Shown: in pieces, positions 47,077 through 57,269 of the stretch | Numbering within the stretch: position 1 is the stretch's first letter | Layout of the letters: the number at the start of each line of letters is the position of its first letter | Virus record (IMG/VR): IMGVR_UViG_3300044675_005482 | Location: 1-64,000 of that record | Length of the DNA: 64,000 nt | DNA from: a virus | Strand: one strand, 5' to 3' | The notes under the pieces: model-generated | Told to the model about the DNA's origin: nothing | The model's database searches: none | The model's input: only the letters and a program-made list of their open reading frames with translations | Made by a program: the position numbers and the translations under genes

Positions 47077-49011
47077 ATGACAGATACTTTAAACGCTGGA
47101 GGCAAGATTGTACCTAAAGATCTTGCTGTTGCTACGCAACCAGATGTAGATAAAAATTTTTTTACAGCATCCGTAAAGGGTTTAAAGCTTTCTAAAACTT
47201 ATGCAATTCAGTTTCAATGGGTAGAGTCAGATGGCAAGTTAAGCGATTGGTCTACCTCTTATGTTTTTACAACATCAAATGAATCTGCTCCTGCAGTTCC
47301 ATCATCAACAGTTCCTTCAACTGGAAGCGGTGGAATTCCAGTTACTCTTTCTACTTTCCCAACAAACGCCAAGAGAGTAGACGTTTATGTAATAGGTGGA
47401 ATATTTGGCATAGGTAAAGTTGCTTATTCATTTTCAACAGCTGGAACAAATATTATTTCTGCGCCAGGCGGAACTTATGTTGTTGAACTAAGATCAGTAT
47501 CCCCAACTGGAGTCACAAGTACAGTTGGAGAAAGCTTTACAATTACTGTTGCAGATATTGGTGGCGAAGTAATTGCAGCACCAACTAACCCTAATGGATT
47601 TACTGCTTCAAGAATCCTTGCTGGCGTACAGCTAAGCTGGGCTGGAACATATGCTAACGGAACATTTACGGGATTTGAAGCAATTAAAGTTTTTGCTGGA
47701 ACCTCAACAAGTGCAACACCTGGAACATATATTGAGGTTGGAGTTTTAACTGGCAACAATGTAAAAAATACAATTACAATTCCAGTAGATGGAACATATG
47801 TTAAATATGGTCAAGCAACTTATCTTCATGCAGCCGCAGTAAATAAAAATGGAACTGTTGGAACAATACAGGCAAACGTTGCTTCAGTTGCACTTGGGCC
47901 AGGAAAAGCAACAGATGCAGACATTAATGATGGCGCAGTTGTTATTTCTAAATTGGCATCAGATGTTCTTACAGTTGGAAACTTAAAAGCTGGAGACATT
48001 AATGCTACATCTTATATTCGTGCTGGGTCAAAGGCAGTTGATGGAACTGGAGCAAGAGTAGAAATTTCTAGCTCAACAATATCACAAAGCGGATCAAATG
48101 TTTTACCTGGATTTTATATTTATGGATCAACAGGCACTCCAGTACTTTCTGCGCCACTTGGCGGAGGATTATCTATTACAGGTTCTGGAACATTTACTGG
48201 AAATATTAGCGGAGCAAGCGGAGAATTTACAGGAGACCTTGGAGCAAGTGGCGGTAACTTTACAGTAAGAAGCGGAATCATGACAGCGCTTGCTGGCTCA
48301 ATTGGCGGATGGGTAATTAATAGCCAAGCATTAAAAAATTCAGCAGTAACGTTCCCAAACATTATGCTTGACCCAAGCAACGCTAAAATTGAATTAAGAC
48401 AAACGGCATCTAATTCAAGCGATACTGGAAATTCTATAAAAATGGACACATCTTCTGGATTAAGAATTGGAACTAGCGGATCTCCTAAATTTACAGTAGA
48501 TATGGCTGGCAACATGGTTGCACAAGATGCAACGCTATATGGAAAAATTATTACAACTGGAACAAGCCCAGTCGGGGCTTCTGGTACATTAACCATAGAT
48601 TCTGGATTTATTGATCATACAAGCTATTTGTATATTAGATCAGGGTCATTTGCTGCAATAAGCGCAAATGGTTTATTTCAAGCAAGTGCCGCTGACGGTA
48701 CAGACGCATCTAACCTATATCTTTATCCAAACGAAGTAATTATTGGAACTGGTGGCGCTACTGGAGATGTACAATTAAGAATGGGAGCGGTTGGAACCCC
48801 ATCTGGATTTACTGGGTGGTATGCAAACGGAATAGATATAAATCTTGAGCCAACAGGTAACAATGGTACTATTGGCAGAACAGTTACATTATTTGCTGGT
48901 CAGCTTAGGGCTGGCAGAGCTTTGCATACAGGTGCGGCAACTTCATCTGCTGGAATTGAAGCAGTAGTGTTTGGTTCAAATGTTGGCGACCTTTACTTTA
49001 GTACGGCGTGA
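47077..49011 (+). CDS. Tail fibre/spike protein
   Basis: FN3-like N-terminus; Gly-rich beta-helix (GTFTGNISGASG; GSIGGW). Confidence 0.7.
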   Translation: MTDTLNAGGKIVPKDLAVATQPDVDKNFFTASVKGLKLSKTYAIQFQWVESDGKLSDWSTSYVFTTSNESAPAVPSSTVPSTGSGGIPVTLSTFPTNAKRVDVYVIGGIFGIGKVAYSFSTAGTNIISAPGGTYVVELRSVSPTGVTSTVGESFTITVADIGGEVIAAPTNPNGFTASRILAGVQLSWAGTYANGTFTGFEAIKVFAGTSTSATPGTYIEVGVLTGNNVKNTITIPVDGTYVKYGQATYLHAAAVNKNGTVGTIQANVASVALGPGKATDADINDGAVVISKLASDVLTVGNLKAGDINATSYIRAGSKAVDGTGARVEISSSTISQSGSNVLPGFYIYGSTGTPVLSAPLGGGLSITGSGTFTGNISGASGEFTGDLGASGGNFTVRSGIMTALAGSIGGWVINSQALKNSAVTFPNIMLDPSNAKIELRQTASNSSDTGNSIKMDTSSGLRIGTSGSPKFTVDMAGNMVAQDATLYGKIITTGTSPVGASGTLTIDSGFIDHTSYLYIRSGSFAAISANGLFQASAADGTDASNLYLYPNEVIIGTGGATGDVQLRMGAVGTPSGFTGWYANGIDINLEPTGNNGTIGRTVTLFAGQLRAGRALHTGAATSSAGIEAVVFGSNVGDLYFSTA

Positions 49012-49016
49012 TATAA

Positions 49017-52000
49017 ATGGCTACCTGGCAAAAAAAATCTACAGGATGGGTTGAAATACTTTCTATATTTAGAAAGACAAGCACTAGTGCATGGACAGAG
49101 ATACAAAACGTTTGGAGAAAAACTTCTACTGGCTGGGTAAAGGTTTTTACAAGAACTAATCTGCCTGGAATAACAACATTCCCTAGAGTACGAGATGTCA
49201 ATGGAAATAACATTGATAACAACATATACATTGCAAACGTAGGCGATACTCTGTACGGGTATAGAGGAGTTTGGTCCAATACTCCAACCTCATATGAAGA
49301 TAGATGGGCTTGGAGTTCATTTGCAGGAGGACCGTATTCTTTATTTAGTCCTTCACAAATAAATACTACATTACCTACAACTGTTTCCTGGGATGATAGA
49401 TATATTGTATATCAGGTAAGAGCTACTAATGCTTCTGGTACTTCGGAATGGGTTTCAAGTGCTAACGAAGCACATTTAATTAAATATCCTCCTTTTATAT
49501 CCAGCGCAACAATAACAAAAAATGGCGTAGATGTTGGCGGAACAGCAAAGCTAAAGCCAGGAGACGCTTTAGTTGGAGCATGGGTTGAAGATACAGCAAC
49601 AGATACAATTTCTAGTAGCTATGCTTATGAATGGACTTACTCTAATGGAACAGCAGCTGCAAATGATAATGGAACAAAATTTTATACAATATCAGCTGCC
49701 GATGTTGGAAAGTCTTTAATTTTTAAAGTTACAGGAACTAATACTGGTGGTACAGATTTTGCTTCAAGCACACCAACTGCAGTAATAGAAGAAGCTTTAG
49801 CCGTATACAGCTTCAGCTTTGGAAACACATTATATGTTGGTACAAATGGATACATCGGTGTTGATTCTGGATCTTCAAGCACTGGAGTTCCAGCAACAGG
49901 AAGAAATTTAAATATTATGGGCGGTAAAGATTGGCAGATGAGCACAATCTATTACTGGTCAAATGCAGATACATATGCAGTTAGATATGACGGTTATGAA
50001 TATCAAAAGGGTGGACAAGAAGCTTTTAGAGTAACATACCAAGCTAAATTTTATACCAATCAAAACTACGTAGACTATAAAATTATTAGATGGGGATCAA
50101 GCTTAACAATGTCTCCGACTGCTTTTGGTATGTACGCAAATGGCTCATTAGTTGCTAACACATATTCGGGACCATTTGTTTATAGTCCTGGAGTTACAAT
50201 GCGTGTTTATTATGATGGAAGTATTCCAACAGCTTATGTTGGATTTACAGAGATTCCAGCAGCAGTACCAAATGATGCAATGCTAAATGCTGGTGCAGTA
50301 TCATCTGGATCTGCAGATGATGGTTATTTAACTTTATCTACTGCAGCAAATCAATATAATCCACCAACATTAACATCTGTAAGTGCATCTTCCACTGGTA
50401 CTTCTATTTCTGCAACATTTACAACTGGAGCTGATTATAACGGACATAATTATGTAATTAGGACTGGATCACACTTTGGAACTCTTATAAATAGTGGAAG
50501 CTCATTTAGCGGTGCTTTTGCGTATGATAACCTTTCTGGAGGAACTACATATTATGTTACGCTTACACCATTTAACTCTCAATCACAAACTGGCTCATCA
50601 TCTCAATTTAGTGTAACAACCTCAAGTAATCCTGGAGCATTTAGCGTTAACAGCGGAAGTAAATTTAAGCCACCAACGTCATTTGGAACTAGAACAGTTA
50701 CTGTTGGATGGTCAACATCACTAAATGGCCCCAATTATGAAGTTCAATTAGAAGGTAGTAGTGATGGATCTACGTGGGCAATATGTACTGGAAGATGGCC
50801 AGGAAACACAGTAGATACAACATTAAGTTTAGCTGGATCTCCTTACTTTACAACAACTTCAATAACAATAACAAATGTTCAATATTTTAAATTTTACCGT
50901 GCTACTGCAAGAGCAAGAAATTCAAGTTTTGATTCTGCTTCTGCAGCATACTCAAATGGCGGAACTTCTACAAGCCTTCAATACTATCAGTTAGCTGGAG
51001 AAAATCCAGGAACTCCAGGAATTGGAACAATAACTTTAGGTAAAACTTCTGCATCAATACCATGGACATTTCCAACAAATACTGGATCCAACTTTATTGA
51101 TTGGGTACAGTTTTCGTTAGATAACTCTACATTTAATAATGATTTTACTACACCATATGCATTTACTGGTTTAACAGCAGGAACAGCATATACGTTATAT
51201 TATAGATCATTAAACTATGATGGGCTTTTTTCTTCTACTCTAACAAGCTCATTCACAACACTTGCACTTCAACCACCAAATACTCCAGCCGCACCAACTG
51301 CTGGAACAACCAACAATACAAGTATTGCATGGAGCTGGTCTGCTCCAACAGTAGACTCAACACACTTAGCAGCTACTGGATATGAATATGCTCATACACA
51401 GTCTGCATCAACACCAACAAGTGGTTGGACGGCAACAACGGCTACATCTGTTACCATAACAGGGCTTTCTCAAAATACAACATATCATATGCATATTAGA
51501 GCAACAAACGCTGACGGAACTAGCGGATCAAGTAGTGCTTCTAAGACAACCACAAATGTAGTTGCAACAAGCTATACTGTTACTTATAGTGGAAATGGAA
51601 ATACTGGAGGTACTGCTCCAACTGCACATTCAACTACAAGCTCATTAACAATTAAGGCCCTGCCTTCACCAGCCTTTACAAGAACAAACTGTACGCTTGG
51701 ATCGGGATGGAATACGGCTGCAAATGGAAGCGGAACAAATATTGCAGCTGGAGACACATATACACCTACAGCAAATATTACTCTGTATGCAAAATGGACT
51801 GCAAATTCTGTATCAGCAGCAGCTCCAGCAAACTTTACATTCGTTGGAAATATTAACAACAACACTCAAAAGCAGTGGAGCTGGAGTGCTCAAACATCTG
51901 TTACAGGTGGAACGGCAAATGGCTACAGGTGGCAGCTAACAACAACAAACCCAAACGTTGCTGGATGGAACGGGGTATTTACAGAAGGTACTCAAACGGC

Positions 52001-52121
52001 AACATCCCGTACTATTTCTGTTGCAAATGCTTCTTCAAACCCTAGATGGATGAGAGTATGTGTAAATATAACAGACGGCCTTGGGGCTGCAAAAAATGGA
52101 TCATTTACTCTATGGAAATAG
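49017..52121 (+). CDS. Multi-FN3/Ig protein with InlB B-repeat (Listeria-Bacteroides repeat)-like domain
   Basis: GLTAGTAYTLY, GLSQNTTYHMHIRATN; YTVTYSGNG..GWNTAANGSG..TLYAKW. Confidence 0.75.
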   Translation: MATWQKKSTGWVEILSIFRKTSTSAWTEIQNVWRKTSTGWVKVFTRTNLPGITTFPRVRDVNGNNIDNNIYIANVGDTLYGYRGVWSNTPTSYEDRWAWSSFAGGPYSLFSPSQINTTLPTTVSWDDRYIVYQVRATNASGTSEWVSSANEAHLIKYPPFISSATITKNGVDVGGTAKLKPGDALVGAWVEDTATDTISSSYAYEWTYSNGTAAANDNGTKFYTISAADVGKSLIFKVTGTNTGGTDFASSTPTAVIEEALAVYSFSFGNTLYVGTNGYIGVDSGSSSTGVPATGRNLNIMGGKDWQMSTIYYWSNADTYAVRYDGYEYQKGGQEAFRVTYQAKFYTNQNYVDYKIIRWGSSLTMSPTAFGMYANGSLVANTYSGPFVYSPGVTMRVYYDGSIPTAYVGFTEIPAAVPNDAMLNAGAVSSGSADDGYLTLSTAANQYNPPTLTSVSASSTGTSISATFTTGADYNGHNYVIRTGSHFGTLINSGSSFSGAFAYDNLSGGTTYYVTLTPFNSQSQTGSSSQFSVTTSSNPGAFSVNSGSKFKPPTSFGTRTVTVGWSTSLNGPNYEVQLEGSSDGSTWAICTGRWPGNTVDTTLSLAGSPYFTTTSITITNVQYFKFYRATARARNSSFDSASAAYSNGGTSTSLQYYQLAGENPGTPGIGTITLGKTSASIPWTFPTNTGSNFIDWVQFSLDNSTFNNDFTTPYAFTGLTAGTAYTLYYRSLNYDGLFSSTLTSSFTTLALQPPNTPAAPTAGTTNNTSIAWSWSAPTVDSTHLAATGYEYAHTQSASTPTSGWTATTATSVTITGLSQNTTYHMHIRATNADGTSGSSSASKTTTNVVATSYTVTYSGNGNTGGTAPTAHSTTSSLTIKALPSPAFTRTNCTLGSGWNTAANGSGTNIAAGDTYTPTANITLYAKWTANSVSAAAPANFTFVGNINNNTQKQWSWSAQTSVTGGTANGYRWQLTTTNPNVAGWNGVFTEGTQTATSRTISVANASSNPRWMRVCVNITDGLGAAKNGSFTLWK

Positions 52122-52153
52122 TATAATCATATGAGATATGTTATAATTACAAT

Positions 52154-52375
52154 ATGAGAGACTTTACGCATATATCTAATGAAGATAAAATAAGCATTAT
52201 AAACGGAAGAATTAGAAATTTAGAATGGAATCTTTATAATTTAGAGGCTGGACTAGTAGAAGAAAATGCTAGAGAAAATATAATATCTGAAAATGTTACT
52301 AATATAACTAATGAAATATTAGAGACTAAAAGATGTATAGAGGCTTTAGAGGTAGAGCTAAATAGCTTAATCTAG
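52154..52375 (+). CDS. Small coiled-coil protein
   Basis: EDKISIIN...YNLE..ENA; TGTTATAAT 6 nt upstream. Confidence 0.65.
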   Translation: MRDFTHISNEDKISIINGRIRNLEWNLYNLEAGLVEENARENIISENVTNITNEILETKRCIEALEVELNSLI

Positions 52376-52422
52376 GTATTGCCTAAAATTTACTAAAATG
52401 CTATAATAAAGAAGGAGGAAAG

Positions 52423-52650
52423 ATGACAACATTAACAAAAGAAGAAAAGATTAATATAATCAATTCTCATAAAAGAAGTCTTTTGTATTCTCAATATAAT
52501 CTAGAAGTAGATCTTATACAAGAAAATGCAAAGACCACAGTAGATCCAGAAAATTTGGCTGTAATTAATAACCAGATTGCTGAATCTCAAAAGCAGATAG
52601 ATGCTCTAACTGCTGAGGCAACTAGACTTACAAACTTAACAGAAGCATAG
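52423..52650 (+). CDS. Small coiled-coil protein, paralogue of 52154
   Basis: EEKINIIN...YNLE..ENA; TTGCCT-N17-TATAAT promoter; AGGAGG SD. Confidence 0.7.
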   Translation: MTTLTKEEKINIINSHKRSLLYSQYNLEVDLIQENAKTTVDPENLAVINNQIAESQKQIDALTAEATRLTNLTEA

Positions 52651-52656
52651 GATACA

Positions 52657-52854
52657 ATGACAAACAGCAATCCAGAAAAATTTGAATTAGTCATAACTGC
52701 CTTGCAGCAAAGAATAGGTGAACTTGTCTCAAACTATGAGACTCAAATTGCTATTCTTCGTGCAGACCTTACTCAATTAGTAAAAGAAAAGGAATCAAAA
52801 GATGGGGCTATTCAAGAGTACTCAGACTCCCTTAATAATCTCACAGCCAACTAA
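52657..52854 (+). CDS. Small coiled-coil protein
   Basis: ALQQRIGEL..YE..IA.LRA. Confidence 0.65.
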   Translation: MTNSNPEKFELVITALQQRIGELVSNYETQIAILRADLTQLVKEKESKDGAIQEYSDSLNNLTAN

Positions 52855-53200
52855 TTTCCCATCTGGCATAGCAGTTAAAACAGACAAGAATACATATTGG
52901 ATTAAAGATTCTAAAAGGTATAAGTTAATATCTGACCGTGCTGCAAACTCATGGTCATTTACAACTGTTAATGCCACAGAAGAAGCTTTATCTAGCACAA
53001 AGCTTGTTGGCAAGCTAGGATTTAGAGATGGAACCTTGATAAAAAACATCTCAGATGGTAAAATGTATTTAGTATCACAGAATAAACTAAGACACATTTC
53101 TGACCCAGATCTATTTTTAAAATATGGTTTAGACAGATCAAAGGTTATAGAAGTATCTGATGCAGAAATTAAGTCACATGATTTAGGAGAAAATTTATAA
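52802..53200 (+). CDS. Hypothetical protein with an internal two-fold repeat
   Basis: G..vK...Y.I...K...ISD occurs twice. Confidence 0.65.
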   Translation: MGLFKSTQTPLIISQPTNFPSGIAVKTDKNTYWIKDSKRYKLISDRAANSWSFTTVNATEEALSSTKLVGKLGFRDGTLIKNISDGKMYLVSQNKLRHISDPDLFLKYGLDRSKVIEVSDAEIKSHDLGENL

Positions 53201-53622
53201 TGGCATTTAATGATGGAGAGCCTTTAGACGCTGCAAAGCTTGGGGCATTAGAGCTACAGATTAATAATCTAAGCGCTAATATACCAAAGATTGGTGCATC
53301 TACTACAAATGTTACTGTAAATAATCAGACAGTCCAGCAAGCAAATATTCCACAAATAGTAGGAAATGCATTTGGAGAACCATGGGCATTAAAATTAGGA
53401 CACAATACTAAAGACTTTCAGTTTCCAGGAACTGGATTAAATAGCATTCCTAAGGCAGTGATTCTTACTACAAGACACGGTGGGTCTAAGAATGTTTGGA
53501 CTCCAGCGGTAGGTACAAAAACTGGAAGCATAACACAATCTGGTTTTACGGCACACGTATTCTTGCCAAGTGGTTGTACTCCACACAATATCTATATCAG
53601 CTATATGGCAATCTGCTACTAG
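53200..53622 (+). CDS. Small fibre-tip / H-type lectin-like protein
   Basis: F.DGEPLD..KL; F....P..V..T; IT.SGF; ISYMA. Confidence 0.5.
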   Translation: MAFNDGEPLDAAKLGALELQINNLSANIPKIGASTTNVTVNNQTVQQANIPQIVGNAFGEPWALKLGHNTKDFQFPGTGLNSIPKAVILTTRHGGSKNVWTPAVGTKTGSITQSGFTAHVFLPSGCTPHNIYISYMAICY

Positions 53623-53689
53623 TTGACAACACAAGTTAATATGTTACACTTACGGTGTAACATCAAAGTCACGCACCCGTGACTTTTTT
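53623..53689 (+). promoter_or_regulatory. Promoter with overlapping palindrome and downstream terminator-like hairpin
   Basis: TTGACA-N16-TACACT; ATGTTACAC-N5-GTGTAACAT; AAAGTCACG-cacc-CGTGACTTTTTT. Confidence 0.6.
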
Positions 53690-53705
53690 CGTATAAAGGC
53701 GAACA

Positions 53706-54506
53706 ATGAGCAACGATTTAAAGTGGATGCTTTCATCCGACCAGCAGTTTCCGTATCAAGACGACAAGATGATTGCCCTATGGTTTAAGGTAATGAAATG
53801 GTTCAAGCCAGACGTTGTAGACTATCTTGGCGATACAGATGACCAAGCTTGCTACAGCAAGTATACAGAAGGAAGATCGGCTGAGTTTTTAAACTATCAC
53901 AAGACAGAAAGCGGAGACCTCATTGTTCCAATGATGCGTCACGAAGCAAAGGGTGCAAGAGATTTCTATGCAAAGACAAGAGACATGCTTCCAGATGCTC
54001 AATTATTTTCTGCTTTAGGTAATCACGACATTAGAGTATTTAATTATGTAGATGCAAAGCTTCCAGAGTATATTAGCGAAGTAACTCCAGAATCTTTGTG
54101 GAGCCTTGACTCTTTAGGATACGAATACATTTATTACAATGAACTTCCTAAGCGCCGCTTTGGAGACATACATGTACACCATGGACTTTCTGTTTCAGCA
54201 ACTGGTGCTGTTAGAAAAGACATGGAAGATTTACAGGTTTCATTAATTCGTGGCCACTCACACAGAATTGCTTCGCATATGGTAACATATGAACTTAGAA
54301 ATAATGGAGAGGGAGAAACTCTGCGTGGCTATGAAATTGGACATATGTGTGATGAAAAGAGTGATGGCATGAAGTATAGCCAGCATCATGACTGGCAAAA
54401 GGGGTTTGCAGTTGCACATATTGTAAACGACTATCCACACATTCAAATGATTCACGTATCCCCAGACTACTCATGCGTAGTGGATGGAAAGGTGTTTACT
54501 TTATAA
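53706..54506 (+). CDS. Calcineurin-like metallophosphoesterase
   Basis: SDQQ, GDTDD, GNHD, HHG, GHSH motifs. Confidence 0.85.
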   Translation: MSNDLKWMLSSDQQFPYQDDKMIALWFKVMKWFKPDVVDYLGDTDDQACYSKYTEGRSAEFLNYHKTESGDLIVPMMRHEAKGARDFYAKTRDMLPDAQLFSALGNHDIRVFNYVDAKLPEYISEVTPESLWSLDSLGYEYIYYNELPKRRFGDIHVHHGLSVSATGAVRKDMEDLQVSLIRGHSHRIASHMVTYELRNNGEGETLRGYEIGHMCDEKSDGMKYSQHHDWQKGFAVAHIVNDYPHIQMIHVSPDYSCVVDGKVFTL

Positions 54507-54691
54507 TGTGGTGCCAAAAATGTAATGGCAGGGTTTTTGTAGATAGAGTATTTTCACAAAAATTACATATGGAGCTATTCTGCATAATGTGTGGAAAGCG
54601 TTGGATGATTAATAAGGAAACGAGTGCTTTCGGTAAATGGCTAGATCAAAAAGAAACGGCAAATCAAAAAGCTTACGGTATTTCTTCCTAA
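54506..54691 (+). CDS. Zn-ribbon protein
   Basis: CQKC.G...CIMCG; TAATG coupling. Confidence 0.7.
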   Translation: MWCQKCNGRVFVDRVFSQKLHMELFCIMCGKRWMINKETSAFGKWLDQKETANQKAYGISS

Positions 54692-55116
54692 ACGATAAGA
54701 TACATAAGGTATTAAAGCTTTCAAGGTCTAAAGACGAATTGGTTGCTTGGTGCTATCCAGACAAAAAAAGATATATGTACTCCTATTCTCAAGTTAAAAA
54801 GCATATGGAGAATGCATACGATCTAACTGAAGTTGGATCAATGCTGGGCAAGCACAGAGTAACCATACTTGATTATATACTTGAAGGAAAGATCGTTGCC
54901 CCACAGAAAGTTTATCCAATAGGCAATCCAGAAAGCACATGGTCAAAGTATATGTTTAATCAAAAAGACATATACGGATTACATGAGTTTATTTTAGATT
55001 CAGGGCATGCTTCAAACATGCCTTCTAAAATAGAATTAACAGCGCTTCTCAAACACAACATTATATTGTATACTAAGACCGAATCGGGATTCGTACCAGT
55101 ATGGAAGGCGGAGTAG
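54637..55116 (+). CDS. Putative DNA-binding (HTH-like) protein
   Basis: YDLTEVGSMLGKHRVTILDYILEGKI resembles an excisionase/MerR-type HTH. Confidence 0.55.
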   Translation: MARSKRNGKSKSLRYFFLNDKIHKVLKLSRSKDELVAWCYPDKKRYMYSYSQVKKHMENAYDLTEVGSMLGKHRVTILDYILEGKIVAPQKVYPIGNPESTWSKYMFNQKDIYGLHEFILDSGHASNMPSKIELTALLKHNIILYTKTESGFVPVWKAE

Positions 55117-55229
55117 TGGAAAAGGGAAGAACTGTTAACTGTGAGCTTTGTGGAAGAGACATAGAAGTTCGTTGGGGAATATTTGCTAACGAAACATTAT
55201 CAAGACATAAGAAGGCGGAACATAAATGA
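55116..55229 (+). CDS. 37-aa C2H2-type zinc-finger microprotein (MEKGRTVNCELCGRDIEVRWGIFANETLSRHKKAEHK), not in the ORF track
   Basis: GTG overlaps the upstream TAG; TGA overlaps the next ATG; CxxC...LxRHxxxxH. Confidence 0.7.
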   Translation: MEKGRTVNCELCGRDIEVRWGIFANETLSRHKKAEHK

Positions 55230-55429
55230 CAACGAAGGTAAAAGTAGACCTGTCTTTTACAAGAAATCTTGGGAACTATGAAAGCATTAAAATTGGAATA
55301 GGTATTGAAGATGATGTACGACAAGGTGAGAATGTTGATGCTGCAACAGAACGTGTATACAAATTTGTTGAAGATAAGCTAATCCAAAAAACTCGTGAGG
55401 TAGAAGAGGAGCTTAAGGGTGGCAAATGA
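55226..55429 (+). CDS. Hypothetical phage protein
   Basis: T.NLGNYES motif; coupled ORF. Confidence 0.7.
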   Translation: MTTKVKVDLSFTRNLGNYESIKIGIGIEDDVRQGENVDAATERVYKFVEDKLIQKTREVEEELKGGK

Positions 55430-55742
55430 TAGATCTCCATATATCTTAATGTCAATGTATCAGGCACTATATAAAGAAAGATATGGCACTGAGCCACGAA
55501 TGAATAAGTTTCGTGAGAAGTGGGCTATGCAAGATGTTATTGATAGTGTAGGATTAGATCGTGCAAAAGAGATACTGTCGTACTACTTTACACTGCCAAA
55601 GGGTGGCCACCCACTCCAATTCTTTCTGTATAACTTTGATAGAATAGATGCAGCTATTTCAGAGGCTGAAAAAGATAAAGAACGTCGTCGTTTGTTATTA
55701 GAGGAAACGAAAAATTTAGTTGAAAGAGGCGGCATAGAGTGA
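55419..55742 (+). CDS. Hypothetical protein upstream of the helicase
   Basis: Overlaps both neighbours. Confidence 0.65.
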   Translation: MANDRSPYILMSMYQALYKERYGTEPRMNKFREKWAMQDVIDSVGLDRAKEILSYYFTLPKGGHPLQFFLYNFDRIDAAISEAEKDKERRRLLLEETKNLVERGGIE

Positions 55743-56986
55743 ATACAGAAGCAACATTAATTTCTGCTGTATGTAAGAATAAAGATATTAGCACATTGCT
55801 GGCAGATAACGTAGACGAACTCTTTACATCGCATAGAGACATCTGGGAAGGTTTAAAATCTTATTACTATAAGTTTAAAGCTGTACCAGAAGCTGGTGTG
55901 CTGCTTGAAAAGTTTAAAGATTTTGAGATTGACCCAAACGCAAAAGCTGAGACTGGATACTATTTAGACAAACTAAAGAACGAGTATCTAACTAATAGGC
56001 TAAAGAATATTATTCTTAAGAGCGGCTCAATGCTTAAAGAAGATGCAGCATCTAGAGTTCTTGAGCAAATGCAAGTTCAGTTATCTTCTCTTAGCAAATT
56101 TACTAGCAATGTTAGAGATTTAGATGTTACTGATATTGAAAATGCTACAAAGCACTTTGAGGCGGTAAAGCTTAGGTCTGCTGAAATGGGTGGATCTCCA
56201 GGAATTAAAACTGGGTTTGAAGCTATTGATTTAGCATACCCAACTGGTATGGCTCCTGGACACCTTATAGTTGCTATTGGTTGGCCAGGCCGTGGTAAGA
56301 CATGGTTTACATCCTACCTCGCATGCAAGGCTTGGGAACAGGGATTCAAGCCAATGATTGTTTCACTTGAAATGTCACCAGAAAATATGCGTGACCGTAT
56401 ATTTACAATGTTAGGCTCTGGACTATTTCGTGCAAGTGATTTGTCAAAGGGTGACATTAACATTGACGATTTCCGTTCTTGGGGTAAAAAAAGATTTGAT
56501 GAAAAGAATGGATTCGTTCTTGTATCAAATGAGGGAATGGCAGAAGTTACTCCTGCAACTATTCAGGGTAAGATTGATCAGCACAAACCAGACTTAGTTA
56601 TTTTAGATTATCATCAGCTGTTTTCAGATAATAAAAAATCTATGGGTGCTACAGAGCGTAACATGAATATCTCTCGTGAGTTTAAAATGTTAGCAATGAG
56701 CAATAACATTCCTATTATTGATATTACTGCAGCAACTATGGACGATGTATCAGATCAGGATAATCCTCCGATGCTATCTCAGGTTGCTTGGTCTAAGGCT
56801 ATTGAATACGATGCTGATATGGCTATTGCAATTCATAAATATACTGGAACAAATATGGTTGAGGTGGTTTCAAGAAAGAATCGTCACGGCCAAGAGTTTG
56901 GCATGTATCTAGATTGGGATATCAACCGTGGTATTGTCAAAGAGATTTACGAAAATCCTTTTGCGAATGACGCACAAAAGAATTAA
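55739..56986 (+). CDS. dnaB: Replicative DNA helicase (DnaB family)
   Basis: IKTGF; Walker A GWPGRGKT; SLEM; ILDY; IEYDAD; KNRHG. Confidence 0.92.
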   Translation: MNTEATLISAVCKNKDISTLLADNVDELFTSHRDIWEGLKSYYYKFKAVPEAGVLLEKFKDFEIDPNAKAETGYYLDKLKNEYLTNRLKNIILKSGSMLKEDAASRVLEQMQVQLSSLSKFTSNVRDLDVTDIENATKHFEAVKLRSAEMGGSPGIKTGFEAIDLAYPTGMAPGHLIVAIGWPGRGKTWFTSYLACKAWEQGFKPMIVSLEMSPENMRDRIFTMLGSGLFRASDLSKGDINIDDFRSWGKKRFDEKNGFVLVSNEGMAEVTPATIQGKIDQHKPDLVILDYHQLFSDNKKSMGATERNMNISREFKMLAMSNNIPIIDITAATMDDVSDQDNPPMLSQVAWSKAIEYDADMAIAIHKYTGTNMVEVVSRKNRHGQEFGMYLDWDINRGIVKEIYENPFANDAQKN

Positions 56987-57269
56987 AAGATTTCAGGTTG
57001 ATGTCGAGTTTGGTGATAATGCACAGATTATAAGCTTAAGGCCTCAGTACGAAAATTTGTTAGTGCACGACATGAGGTCAAAGGGATACGTTAGGGTACT
57101 TGACATAGACCCAGCGTTTTCGGTAGAATTTACAGGTGAAACATGGAAGTTCTTAATGACTCTTCATGGCGTATACGTAGGAAAGAAGAAGGCATGGCAA
57201 TCGGAGGGTATAATACAAAGCAAGTTGATACCACGCAATATTCCCCAGCACACATTAAGTCAATATTAA
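56967..57269 (+). CDS. Hypothetical protein
   Basis: ORF bridging helicase and primase; likely start MTHKRIK. Confidence 0.6.
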   Translation: MTHKRIKRFQVDVEFGDNAQIISLRPQYENLLVHDMRSKGYVRVLDIDPAFSVEFTGETWKFLMTLHGVYVGKKKAWQSEGIIQSKLIPRNIPQHTLSQY

